The translations under genes and the position numbers were made by a program. The notes under the pieces were generated by a model. The model was not told the origin of the DNA. It saw nothing but the letters and a program-made list of their open reading frames with translations, and made no database searches. Positions 27,873 to 37,512 of a stretch of 64,000 nt of DNA are shown here, one piece after another. Source of the stretch: Aphanothece sp. CMT-3BRIN-NPC111 (GTDB taxonomy: Bacteria > Cyanobacteriota > Cyanobacteriia > Cyanobacteriales > JAHHGU01); the NCBI GenBank assembly GCA_019359765.1, contig JAHHGU010000013.1, forward strand, positions 9,574 through 73,573. The letters are read 5' to 3'. Every line of letters begins with the position of its first letter. The stretch's first letter is position 1.

Positions 27873-30800
27873 ATGTCTTTTGTTGGTCTACATATTCACA
27901 GTGATTACAGCCTACTTGATGGTGCCAGTCAACTACCAGCTTTGGTAGAGCGAGCCATAGAGTTAGGTATGCCTGCGATCGCACTTACCGATCACGGCGT
28001 TATGTACGGTGCTATCGAGTTAATCAAACTCTGCCGCAGCAAAAATATTAAGCCGATTATCGGCAATGAGATGTATGTCATCAATGGCGACATCGAGCAG
28101 AAAAGGCGTGTTAGAAAATATCACCAAGTTGTTCTGGCCAAAAATACCCAAGGTTATAAAAACCTGGTCAAGCTAACAACAATATCCCACCTTAAGGGTG
28201 TACAAGGAAAAGGAATTCAGGCTCGCCCTTGCGTTAATAAAGAACTGTTAGCCCAATACCACGAGGGGCTAATTGTTACCAGTGCCTGTTTAGGCGGTGA
28301 AGTTCCCCAAGCTATTCTCCAAAACCGACCAGATGTAGCGCGAAAAGTCGCCCAGTGGTACAAAGATGTCTTTGGTGATGATTATTATCTAGAAATTCAA
28401 GACCACGGTTCCCAGGAAGACCGGGTTGTTAATGTTGAAATTGTTAAAATTGCTGGGGAACTGGGCATTAAAATTATTGCTACAAATGATTCACATTTTA
28501 TTTCTTGTTATGATGTGGAAGCACACGACGCCTTACTGTGCATTCAAACTGCCAAGCTAATATCTGAAGATAACCGGATGCGCTATAGTGGCACCGAGTA
28601 TCTCAAGTCCGCAGAAGAGATGGCGCTGCTATTTCGAGATCATTTACCAGAGGAAATAATTAAGGACGCGATCGCCAACACCATAGAAGTTGCAGAAAAA
28701 ATCCAACCCTACAAAATTCTTGGTGAACCCCGCCTCCCTGATTACCCCGTTCCTTCAGGACATAACGCTGATACCTTTCTAGAGGAAGTTGCCTGGAAAG
28801 GGCTGTTAGAACGGTTTAGCTGTCGCCATAAAACAGAAATAGACCCGGTTTACAAAGAGCGGCTAGATTACGAGTTGAAAATTATCCAGCAAATGGGCTT
28901 TTCAACTTACTTCTTAGTAGTTTGGGATTACATTAAATATGCGAGAGATAATAATATTCCAGTAGGACCAGGCCGTGGCTCTGCTGCTGGTTCTCTTGTT
29001 GCTTATTCTCTAAAAATTACTAATATTGACCCGGTTCATCACGGGTTATTATTTGAGCGGTTTTTAAATCCAGAGCGGAAATCAATGCCTGATATTGATA
29101 CAGATTTCTGCATAGAAAGACGGGACGATGTGATAAATTACGTTACCCACAAATATGGGACAGACAAAGTAGCGCAAATTATTACCTTCAACCGCTTAAC
29201 GTCTAAATCTGTATTGAAAGATGTCGCCAGAGTCTTGAACATTCCTTACGGTGATTCTGACCGACTAGCGAAGTTAATTCCAGTTGTGCGAGGCAAACCC
29301 GCTAAACTCAAGGTGATGATTTCTGATAACACGCCAGCACCTGAGTTTAAAGAAAAATACGAAAACGATCCCAGCGTCAAACATTGGATTGATATGGCGA
29401 TGCGGATTGAAGGTACGAACAAAACTTTTGGGGTACACGCCGCCGGGGTAGTAATTTCAGCAGAACCGTTGGATGAAATTGTACCGCTGCAACAAAATAA
29501 TGACGGCTCAGTTATCACCCAATATTTCATGGAGGATCTGGATTCCTTGGGTTTGTTGAAAATGGATTTTTTGGGTTTAAAAAACCTGACGATGATCCAG
29601 AAAACTATTGAGTTAATTAAAGAAACACGCCAGACTAATATCGATCCTGATAGCTTACCTATTGATGAAAGAAAGGCTCAAAGGATTTTAGCAAAAAATG
29701 AATTAAAAAAACTGCCCACAGACATTAAAGAAGCCTATAAAACGCTAGCAAAAGGAGATTTAGAAGGCATCTTTCAATTAGAATCTTCTGGAATGCGGCA
29801 GGTAGTGCGAGATTTGAGACCTTCTTGCATAGAAGATATTTCTTCAATTTTGGCACTTTATAGACCTGGACCATTAGATGCGGGTCTCATTCCCAAGTTT
29901 ATCGATCGCAAACATGGTCGTGAAGAAACAAAATATCTTCACCCATTGTTAGAGCCTATTTTAGACGAGACTTATGCCGTGCTTGTCTATCAAGAGCAAA
30001 TCATGAAAGTAGCTCAAGATTTAGCGGGATATTCTCTAGGACAGGCTGACTTGCTGCGCCGCGCAATGGGAAAAAAGAAGGCTTCGGAAATGCAGAAGCA
30101 ACGGGAACTTTTTCTTGATGGTGCAACTAAGAACGGGGTAGCGAAAAAAATAGCTGAAGAATTATTTGAGCAGATGGTTCTTTTCGCAGAATATTGCTTT
30201 AACAAATCCCACTCTACCGCCTATGCCTATGTTACTTATCAAACTGCTTATTTAAAGGCAAATTATCCTGTTGAATACATGGCAGCATTGTTAACTGCCA
30301 ATAGTGACGACCAGGATAAGGTCAAGAAATATATTGATAGCTGTATAAAGCTGAACATAGAGGTGGAACCGCCGGATATTAATCGCTCTGGTATAGACTT
30401 TACACCTTTGCCAAAGAGTATTTTATTTGGGCTGTCGGCAGTACGCAATGTGGGACAAGGGGCAGTTGAGTGCATCTTGGCAGCACGGAATCAGGGGGGT
30501 GAGTTTAAGTCGCTGGCTGATCTGTGCGATCGCGTGGATCTTCGCGCTGTCAACAGCCGCGCCTTGGAAGCCTTAATCAAATGCGGAGCTTTTGATAAAA
30601 TCGAATCTAACCGGAAAAAACTAATCGAACACTTCGGTTTAGTAATTAGCTGGGCACAAGACCGAGCTAAAGACAGAGAAATTGGTCAACTAAATATATT
30701 TGACTTATCAGGAGACTCAACAACAACCAACAGCTTTGAATCTGCTCCCAAAGCTCCTGATGTGCAGGATTACTCAAAAGCAGAGAAATTGCAGATGGAA

Positions 30801-31493
30801 AAAGAACTGCTGGGTTTCTATGTTTCTGACCATCCTCTCAAAGCTGTGCAAAAATCTACCTTGATTGAGGAGCATAATCCTATTAGTCTCGGCGTTCTAG
30901 AAGAGCAGCGGGGGAGGTCAAAAGTTACCACCATTGTCATGCTCACAGATATTAAGCAGGTGACGACTAAGAATAACCAGCAAATGGCGATTCTGCAAAT
31001 CGAAGACCTCAGTGGTAAAGCCGAAGCTGTAGTATTTCCGAAAACTTATGAAAGCGTTGTCTCATCGCTAGTAACCGATGTTCCTGTAATCCTCGAAGGA
31101 AAGATAGATCGGCGGGACGATCGCACTCAGCTGATTGTGGAAAATATTAAGCTGATTGAAACAAATCGGCTAGTGATGGCGGAAGCAACACCGCAGCCAA
31201 TAGAAGACGATATAGAACTGCTGACTGAAGCGGATCAGCTAGTAATGGTGGAACTGACACTACAGCGCATAAAAGATGAGCAACAACTCAAGCGCTTGGG
31301 AACAATTTTGGAGGAATACTCAGGCGGCAAAGATAAGCCAAAATTTCCAGTATTCGGGATGGTGGGGAATCAAAACCTGCGTAAATTTGTGCGCTTTGGA
31401 CAGCAATACTGGGTGCAAGACAAGCAAGGTGCTGTCAACGCCCTGAATCATGCCGGATTTACTGCCCAAGTTAAGGATATCGCAGATTTTTGA
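27873..31493 (+). CDS. dnaE: DNA polymerase III alpha subunit, contiguous (no intein, not split)
   Basis: PHP domain at the N-terminus ([13 protein letters not shown]), 1206 aa. The split-intein insertion site reads through as ...FAEY|CFNKSHS... at nt 30194/30195. Confidence 0.97.
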   Translation: MSFVGLHIHSDYSLLDGASQLPALVERAIELGMPAIALTDHGVMYGAIELIKLCRSKNIKPIIGNEMYVINGDIEQKRRVRKYHQVVLAKNTQGYKNLVKLTTISHLKGVQGKGIQARPCVNKELLAQYHEGLIVTSACLGGEVPQAILQNRPDVARKVAQWYKDVFGDDYYLEIQDHGSQEDRVVNVEIVKIAGELGIKIIATNDSHFISCYDVEAHDALLCIQTAKLISEDNRMRYSGTEYLKSAEEMALLFRDHLPEEIIKDAIANTIEVAEKIQPYKILGEPRLPDYPVPSGHNADTFLEEVAWKGLLERFSCRHKTEIDPVYKERLDYELKIIQQMGFSTYFLVVWDYIKYARDNNIPVGPGRGSAAGSLVAYSLKITNIDPVHHGLLFERFLNPERKSMPDIDTDFCIERRDDVINYVTHKYGTDKVAQIITFNRLTSKSVLKDVARVLNIPYGDSDRLAKLIPVVRGKPAKLKVMISDNTPAPEFKEKYENDPSVKHWIDMAMRIEGTNKTFGVHAAGVVISAEPLDEIVPLQQNNDGSVITQYFMEDLDSLGLLKMDFLGLKNLTMIQKTIELIKETRQTNIDPDSLPIDERKAQRILAKNELKKLPTDIKEAYKTLAKGDLEGIFQLESSGMRQVVRDLRPSCIEDISSILALYRPGPLDAGLIPKFIDRKHGREETKYLHPLLEPILDETYAVLVYQEQIMKVAQDLAGYSLGQADLLRRAMGKKKASEMQKQRELFLDGATKNGVAKKIAEELFEQMVLFAEYCFNKSHSTAYAYVTYQTAYLKANYPVEYMAALLTANSDDQDKVKKYIDSCIKLNIEVEPPDINRSGIDFTPLPKSILFGLSAVRNVGQGAVECILAARNQGGEFKSLADLCDRVDLRAVNSRALEALIKCGAFDKIESNRKKLIEHFGLVISWAQDRAKDREIGQLNIFDLSGDSTTTNSFESAPKAPDVQDYSKAEKLQMEKELLGFYVSDHPLKAVQKSTLIEEHNPISLGVLEEQRGRSKVTTIVMLTDIKQVTTKNNQQMAILQIEDLSGKAEAVVFPKTYESVVSSLVTDVPVILEGKIDRRDDRTQLIVENIKLIETNRLVMAEATPQPIEDDIELLTEADQLVMVELTLQRIKDEQQLKRLGTILEEYSGGKDKPKFPVFGMVGNQNLRKFVRFGQQYWVQDKQGAVNALNHAGFTAQVKDIADF

Positions 31494-31673
31494 TCGGTGC
31501 GATCGCCAGTGATATTGTTTCCGGTTGCATCGGACTTTTTTGGGTGGGATTGGGGATTCGGAAGAGTTCTACCTAGTCCCCAGTCAGGAGCGCGAAAATA
31601 TAAAAGTCCAAGGTGACTAGGTTCTCAAGCGATAAATAAAGCTTGTGAAAGTATCTGATTAGACCTTATTCCC

Positions 31674-31835
31674 GAATCACATGCACATCAAACAGCTGCC
31701 TAGTAGGATGAAAGGTAGACCCAGGAATAGTCCAAGTCCAGGAATCAAGAGAGTGGGAATGCTCCCTAGGATAATTAGTACAAAGCCTGCAACAACGCGC
31801 AGCGGTTTGGTCAAGCACCAAATGAACCTTATCAT
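31674..31835 (-). CDS. Possible 53-aa two-TM small protein (PGPGW-like?)
   Basis: Below the ORF-track cutoff. Hand translation gives MIRFIWCLTKPLRVVAGFVLIILGSIPTLLIPGLGLFLGLPFILLGSCLMCM. Confidence 0.3.
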
Positions 31836-31928
31836 GGCATTACCTGCTGAATGTCTATGTCCTTAACTCACCAGCATCTTAGTATTGGCATTCTTTTTTT
31901 CTTATCCTGCTGAGGGATGAATATCGCT

Positions 31929-31993
31929 AAACGATTTTAGATTGACCTCGCCCACTTTTGGGGCGACGCTTGAACCAAATTTCACCTCGTCAA
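31929..31993. repeat. Dispersed repeat, copy 1 (partner at 48139-48206)
   Basis: Shares AAACGATTTTAGATTGACCT (20/20 identical), then ...CTTGAACC.AAT...CGTCAA. Roughly three quarters identity over about 65 bp by eye. Confidence 0.6.
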
Positions 31994-32730
31994 AGCGATC
32001 GCCCAGCCTAGTAGAGATCTATCCAGAATTGGTCTATTTGGCAAAGGCGGACTATTCTTTTAATAATGCCTATCTTTTGGAGTATGCAAAAGCACTTCTA
32101 GTGCTATACAATGAGCCATTCCCTAAGTTTAAGTGCTCGGCTATACCCACCCTCTGCTAACGCATCCATCGTCAGTACTGGGAGCTGCCTCATCCCTCAC
32201 TTTTATTACTACAAAAGGTAGATGAGCCTAGACTACTCAAGTACTAGATTTGCTCTATAAATTTGGTAATCGAGGTTTAAGATGTCTGTAACACCTGATG
32301 ATTCACTTATTGCTTCCGAGTGCGAGAATTTAGTGCAAATTCTTTCTTGGATTCTTTTCATAAGTATAGTATTCCTTCTTAGTTTTATAAGCCGTAACTT
32401 AGATAAGGCTCTATTTTTTACTTTAACCACTAGCGCTGTAATATTTTTTCTCTTTTTTGTTACCTGAAAACGGGGATTTTTTTTACCCTATCCCTTGGTT
32501 CAGATAAAATTGGGAGAGCTTATTCTCAGATATGGCTAATGGAATGGGCGGCTAGAGAAAAATTAAGATTTGAAAAGCTGTCGCGCTTCGTGGGGACATA
32601 GCCCGTATCGCGTAGCTGCTCCGCAGGAGCTAGCGTGTTGCTCAAGCAACGTATCGCTGCGGCCGATCGGTTTCAGTCGTTTAGTTGAAAATGATAGCAG
32701 GTGTCAGATTCTCACCAGTCACCTACAATA

Positions 32731-33945
32731 CTAACTCTGAGGAGGATTCTTGGGCGTAGGAGAGCCAAGAAACTGAGACTTCAATTCCTCCAATTCCAGC
32801 TCTACCTGGCTTTTTGATTTGGCAGAACTAGGGGAGGTGCTTGGCGGGGATGCCGCTTGCTGATTTGGAGTTTTCTGGTTTTGACTTTTGGGCTGGGCAG
32901 GGGTAAGAAACTGAGATGAAACCTCCGCTAATTCATTATCAATATTGCTTTTGAATGGAGTAGCTGGTGCCTTGACAACTGGTGTAGGTGGTGGTGATGG
33001 GGCGGCAGCTTTTGGGGGCATGGGCATTTGGGGTGCAGGCGGAACGCTTACTTTATTCCCCGGCATAGCTTGAGAGTTCAGAGCTTTGAGGACTTCATTT
33101 ACTGATTGATAGCGCTGACTTGGGGTAGTTTCCAGCATTTTATCCAGGATTTTGCCTAGCTCGTCACTCAACTTTGATGTCAAGTATTGCCGCCAAATCC
33201 AAGCATCTTCGTTAATGTCATATAGATCAAAAGGAGACACCTGGGTTAATAGATGAATGCAAGTGACCCCTAAGCTATAGATATCGCTGGCAAAAATAGC
33301 TTGCCCTCTAACTTGCTCCGGGGCAACATATTCAGGACTGCCAATACTGGTTCCAGGTTTATAAAGTGCAGTGCCAGTGACGACTTTAGAAGCACCGAAA
33401 TCGACTAGAAACAATTTGCGATCGCGTTTTCGGCGAATTATATTCTCTGGCTTAATATCTCGGTGAATTACTTGGCGTTCGTGGACAAATTGCAGCACAG
33501 GCAACAAATCATCTAGCAGTTGCCTAATCTGAGTTTCGCTGTAAGCACCATTGTCTGCCAACTCCTGACCTAAGTTTTGCCCGTCGATAAACTCTTGCAC
33601 CAAATACTGCCTGTCCTCTTGCGTAAAATACGCCAGCAGTTCAGGAATCTGGGGATGTTTGCCCAGTTCATCCAGCCGCATCGCTTCTTGGTTAAATAAC
33701 TCAACTGCCTTTTGGACAGTACTGGTGCCTTGGGCTTGTGGGTAAAACTGTTTAATTACGCAGGGCGGTTTGGAGGGTTTATCCTCATCCACAGCCAGAA
33801 AGGTTCTCCCAAAGCCGCCTTGTCCTATAGGTTTGATGGCTCTATACCGTTCTTTGAGCAGTAGCTTCGATCCACAACTGAGGCAAAAATTTGTCCCCTG
33901 TGGATTTTGGGGCGTTGGGCAATTGGGAGTAAGGCAGTAGCTCAT
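32731..33945 (-). CDS. Ser/Thr protein kinase with an N-terminal zinc ribbon and a Pro-rich tail
   Basis: CLTPNCPTPQNPQGTNFCLSCGS, then kinase motifs GQGGFGRT, HRDIKPENI, DFG and SPEYVAPE. Confidence 0.9.
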   Translation of the reverse strand: MSYCLTPNCPTPQNPQGTNFCLSCGSKLLLKERYRAIKPIGQGGFGRTFLAVDEDKPSKPPCVIKQFYPQAQGTSTVQKAVELFNQEAMRLDELGKHPQIPELLAYFTQEDRQYLVQEFIDGQNLGQELADNGAYSETQIRQLLDDLLPVLQFVHERQVIHRDIKPENIIRRKRDRKLFLVDFGASKVVTGTALYKPGTSIGSPEYVAPEQVRGQAIFASDIYSLGVTCIHLLTQVSPFDLYDINEDAWIWRQYLTSKLSDELGKILDKMLETTPSQRYQSVNEVLKALNSQAMPGNKVSVPPAPQMPMPPKAAAPSPPPTPVVKAPATPFKSNIDNELAEVSSQFLTPAQPKSQNQKTPNQQAASPPSTSPSSAKSKSQVELELEELKSQFLGSPTPKNPPQS

Positions 33946-34100
33946 ATGGTTAGACCATCAAGAGATTTATCTTTATTTTGCCTTCTATGATGGTTATCTT
34001 GCTCATGGTTGTCACCCCGTCAAGTATGTGGGATTTATGTCTATACTTGCTTTGACTACCTAGTTAAGTACGTTAAAAGAGGTGTTTCTTGATTACGCCT

Positions 34101-34343
34101 ATGGATATCATTTCTGCCACTGAAGCTCGTGCGAAACTCTACCGCCTGATCGATGAAGCAGCTACGGTTCATGAACCTATCTTGATTACAGGACAGCGTA
34201 ACAATGCTGTTCTTGTGTCACAAGAAGATTGGAACGCGATTCAGGAGACGCTCTACCTTCTCTCGGTTCCAGGTATGCGGGAATCAATCCTTGAGGGAAT
34301 GGCTACTCCTATAGCGGAGTGTGCAAAGGAGCCAGGTTGGTGA
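34101..34343 (+). CDS. Phd/YefM-family type II antitoxin
   Basis: MDIISATEARAKLYRLIDEAATVHEPILITGQRNNAVLVSQEDWNAIQETLYLLSVPGMRESI. Confidence 0.85.
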   Translation: MDIISATEARAKLYRLIDEAATVHEPILITGQRNNAVLVSQEDWNAIQETLYLLSVPGMRESILEGMATPIAECAKEPGW

Positions 34344-34366
34344 CTTGGGAGATTGTTTTCATTTAG
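34340..34366 (+). pseudogene. 8-codon stub of a YoeB/Txe- or RelE-type toxin
   Basis: A GTG overlapping the antitoxin stop (GTGA) opens VTWEIVFI and then hits a stop. No continuation exists in any frame. Confidence 0.5.
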
Positions 34367-34794
34367 GATTGCTATCTGAGTGGGTGACATGAAAGCTAAA
34401 ATGTCGATAAAACAAGATCCATAGCCTTTATACCTCATAAATAATACTCTACCTTGTTGCGATTTAATTCCATTAGCTCTTGAACGATACCCCAACAATT
34501 ATCCAAGAAACTTACCCAATTTTGACTATATAAACCAACGTAAAAACTGCTATGCCTTAGTTTTATAATTCTTGAACAAGGGTATTACTTGAGAAAATAC
34601 TTTCGGCTGCAATTATCTATAGCCTTAAAAAGAACTCGTTTGCATGAAGTAGTATGAGTGATTGAGGCGCAGCAGTAGCTCATAATTTTTGCCGTGTAGT
34701 AAGCCTAAACATCAATAAAAACTCCGCACTACCATGCAGCCCATATAGATTTGTAAAATGAAAATTGAAACAACCATAGAGCGAGGTGTTGGCA

Positions 34795-35577
34795 ATGCCT
34801 TCTCCCTTTCCCGGCATGAACCCTTATTTAGAAAATCCTGAGTTGTGGCCAGAAGTACACAGTCGCCTGATAACAGCGATCGCTATAGCCATAGAACCAA
34901 AACTCAGTCGGAACTATCGAGTGGCAATCGAAAAACGCACCTATCTGAGTGATGGAGAAGAGTCAGTGTTGGTGGGGATTCCTGATATATCCGTATATTC
35001 TCAAAGGTCAACTACAACCCAAACCCCATCTACTGCCACTTTACCTGCTCAAGGCGAATCTGTAACGGTGACAATACCAATGCCAGAAGAAGTCGGGGAA
35101 GGTTATTTAGAAATCCGAGAAGTGGCAACTGGATATGTAGTCACAGCAATTGAAGTTCTTTCCCTTAAGAATAAACGTGGAGGCATTGGCAGGCAGAAGT
35201 ATGAAGAAAAGCGAACAGAAGTGCTAAGTAGTCCAACGCATCTGGTAGAAATTGACTTGCTCCGAAGTGGTAAACCGATGCGAATTTTGAGCGAAATTCC
35301 ACATACAGACTATCGGATCTTAGTAAGTCGGAGCAATCACCGTCCCCAAGCTCAGTTGTATGCTTTTAATGTCCAGCAAGAAATTCCCAAGTTTCTGCTA
35401 CCTTTGCGATCGGTAGATAAAGAACCATTGGTAAATTTGCAGAGTTTGTTAGTACAAGTGTACGAGCAGGCAAGATTTGATATGGCAATAGACTACTCTC
35501 TCGAACCTGTACCACCGCTTAAGGAAGAGGATAAAGTTTGGGCAGATACGTGGTTACGAGATAAACGATTGCGGTAA
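34795..35577 (+). CDS. DUF4058 family protein (PD-(D/E)xK nuclease-like)
   Basis: MPSPFPGMNPYLENPELWPEVHSRLI is the characteristic DUF4058 N-terminus. It also has ...GIPDISVY... and ...AIEVLSLKNK.... Confidence 0.8.
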   Translation: MPSPFPGMNPYLENPELWPEVHSRLITAIAIAIEPKLSRNYRVAIEKRTYLSDGEESVLVGIPDISVYSQRSTTTQTPSTATLPAQGESVTVTIPMPEEVGEGYLEIREVATGYVVTAIEVLSLKNKRGGIGRQKYEEKRTEVLSSPTHLVEIDLLRSGKPMRILSEIPHTDYRILVSRSNHRPQAQLYAFNVQQEIPKFLLPLRSVDKEPLVNLQSLLVQVYEQARFDMAIDYSLEPVPPLKEEDKVWADTWLRDKRLR

Positions 35578-35627
35578 ATCAATTCCAGGGATGCTGCCAG
35601 TTACCACCTCGGCAGGGGCGATCGCAT

Positions 35628-35933
35628 TTATCCCTTTTGTTCCTCCGTCTGCTTGCTCTCAATTACCGCTTGCCGGAAACCCAGCACAACCAAAATATTA
35701 GAAAGAGTCAAGAAAAACTCTGCCCCACCGTGCAACCAATCTACATTGGCTAAAGATGCACCCAAAGCAACCTTGGCGTAAATTCCTGCGGGGATGGTAA
35801 TGGCTACAAATACCAAAGTCATATAAAACCCAATCAAGGCTAAACGCGGCATCTGCCCAGAACGGGTGATAAACCACAAAAAACCTAGATAAGGAAAAAG
35901 TGATAGCGCAAAAAGAGTATTTTTGTCAATCAT
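35628..35933 (-). CDS. DUF3593 membrane protein
   Basis: MIDKNTLFALSLFPYLGFLWF.... Its start overlaps the upstream stop (ATGA at 35930-35933). Confidence 0.65.
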   Translation of the reverse strand: MIDKNTLFALSLFPYLGFLWFITRSGQMPRLALIGFYMTLVFVAITIPAGIYAKVALGASLANVDWLHGGAEFFLTLSNILVVLGFRQAVIESKQTEEQKG

Positions 35934-36247
35934 TTTCCTACTTCTCTTTGGGCGATGCGTGAAGACCGCCAAATCCACCAACCGGCAACGCAAAGGGTGA
36001 AGTTACCAGCTACAGTCATAGCAGCTTGGAGAGTAACAAGCCATTCTAGAGATTCAGGATTGTCAAAAAAGTGCCAGGTGCAGGCACACATGGCGCTGAC
36101 TAAAGCTGGTAACATCGCCAGGGATAAAGCCCTCCAGGAGCGATTACCGCTGACTTCGCCATATGTCCAGATTAACCAGATGGCGGCGATCCACTCAATA
36201 ACGCTAGAAACGTGGATAATCCAGGTGGGGATAGAGAGAGCGTGCAT
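35930..36247 (-). CDS. DUF2499 (Ycf49-like) membrane protein
   Basis: MHALSIPTWIIHVSSVIEWIAAIWLIW.... Confidence 0.7.
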   Translation of the reverse strand: MHALSIPTWIIHVSSVIEWIAAIWLIWTYGEVSGNRSWRALSLAMLPALVSAMCACTWHFFDNPESLEWLVTLQAAMTVAGNFTLCVAGWWIWRSSRIAQREVGK

Positions 36248-36416
36248 GAAGAAGTTTTAAGTGTTGAGTTTGAAATGAAAAGTCTGATTGAGAGGATACC
36301 TACTTCCTTTGTAGGCTACCACCAAAGATTATTAACTCAAATCTCATAACTCATAACTCTACCTTTTTCATATCCTACCGTTCAACGAAAGCTGTTAAAG
36401 TTTGAGCATGGGACAG

Positions 36417-37454
36417 ATGCAAGCAGTTTTGTGCGGATATTACGGCAAAGGCAATGGCGGCGACGAGGCATTGTTGGCGTCGCTGTTGCAAATGTTACCA
36501 GCTAATGTGACACCCCTAGTTCTCTCTGGCAACCCCCAGCAGACGCGCGATCGCTATCAAGTTGAGGCTGGCGATCGCATGAATGCAATGCAGGTGCTGC
36601 AAGCATTGCGCCAGTCAGATGCTTTAATCTTTGGCGGCGGCAGTTTAATGCAAGACGCCACCAGCATCCGTAACCCCCTCTACTACGGGGGTTTGATGGG
36701 AATCGCACAGCAGCTAGGCTTAAAAACAATTGCTTTAGGACAGGGAATTGGTCCCTTAAAGAGCCAGCTAACTCAGTGGGTGGCGCGGCGAGGTTTTGGT
36801 GGTTGTACAGCAGTGAGCGTGCGCGATCGCGCCTCAGCCTTTCTGTTACACGAGTGGGGAATTTCCTCTGTAATGGCTCCCGATCTCGTTTGGGGGTTGG
36901 AAGGCTTGCCTGTAAAAGGGTTGTGGGACTTACCCGCCCCGAGAGTAGCAGTGACATTGCGATCGCATCCCCAACTTACCCCAGAACGCATCGCTTGCCT
37001 GACTCGCGCTTTAGTAGATTTTCAAAAAGCCACACAAACCTGCATCTTACTCGTACCCTTCCAGGCATCTCAAGATCTCCCCATTGCCCAGTCAATTCAA
37101 CCTCATTTAACTGGCCCAAATCACATTTTCTCTTTAGAAGATCCCAGAGAATTAAAAGGATTATTTCAGGGCGTGGAGATGGCAATTGGGATGCGCTACC
37201 ACAGCCTAATTATGGCAGCCGCAGCAGAATGTCGGTGCTTTGCCCTGAGTTACGACCCCAAAGTTAGCCAGTTAATGGAAGAACTTAATCTGCCAGGATG
37301 GGAATTAGACCAAATCCCCGACGACCACAATCAGATTACTCAAAGCTGGCTAGAATATTATGCCAATGGCGATCCTCTTAACACCGATCAAATTAAGGCA
37401 TTGGTAGACCGATCGCTAATCCATAGAGATTTATTAGCGGCAGCTTTGGCGTGA
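36417..37454 (+). CDS. csaB: Polysaccharide pyruvyl transferase CsaB
   Basis: MQAVLCGYYGKGNGGDEALLASLLQMLP. The ORF opens at 36402; alternative starts are 36402 and 36408. Confidence 0.8.
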   Translation: MQAVLCGYYGKGNGGDEALLASLLQMLPANVTPLVLSGNPQQTRDRYQVEAGDRMNAMQVLQALRQSDALIFGGGSLMQDATSIRNPLYYGGLMGIAQQLGLKTIALGQGIGPLKSQLTQWVARRGFGGCTAVSVRDRASAFLLHEWGISSVMAPDLVWGLEGLPVKGLWDLPAPRVAVTLRSHPQLTPERIACLTRALVDFQKATQTCILLVPFQASQDLPIAQSIQPHLTGPNHIFSLEDPRELKGLFQGVEMAIGMRYHSLIMAAAAECRCFALSYDPKVSQLMEELNLPGWELDQIPDDHNQITQSWLEYYANGDPLNTDQIKALVDRSLIHRDLLAAALA

Positions 37455-37512
37455 CTATAGACGTTGCATAGAAACTTTATTTATTAATTAACGGTAACTG
37501 TAATAAAGAGCC

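Noticed and set aside
31960-31985. GGTTCAAGC on the minus strand of both dispersed-repeat copies resembled a tRNA T-arm, which could indicate a tRNA-fragment att site.
   Set aside because: The flanking bases do not form a T-stem or acceptor stem (TTGGG versus CTCGT are not complementary). No cloverleaf can be drawn.
34640-34690. The minus-strand sequence ATGAGCTACTGC (MSYC...) repeats the first 12 nt of the Ser/Thr kinase gene at 33945, suggesting a second kinase remnant.
   Set aside because: Identity stops after 12 nt. The ORF is only 32 codons with no kinase or zinc-ribbon motif, so this is probably chance.
36502-37267. ORFs overlap csaB on both strands (36502-36957, 36773-36991, 36776-37267, 36976-37185). 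Similar overlapping ORFs occur inside ftsZ, gatA, the ABC ATPase gene and the 444-aa gene.
   Set aside because: Each overlaps a confidently recognised gene in another frame or on the other strand. They are R/S/P-rich, as expected for off-frame translations of moderately GC-rich DNA.
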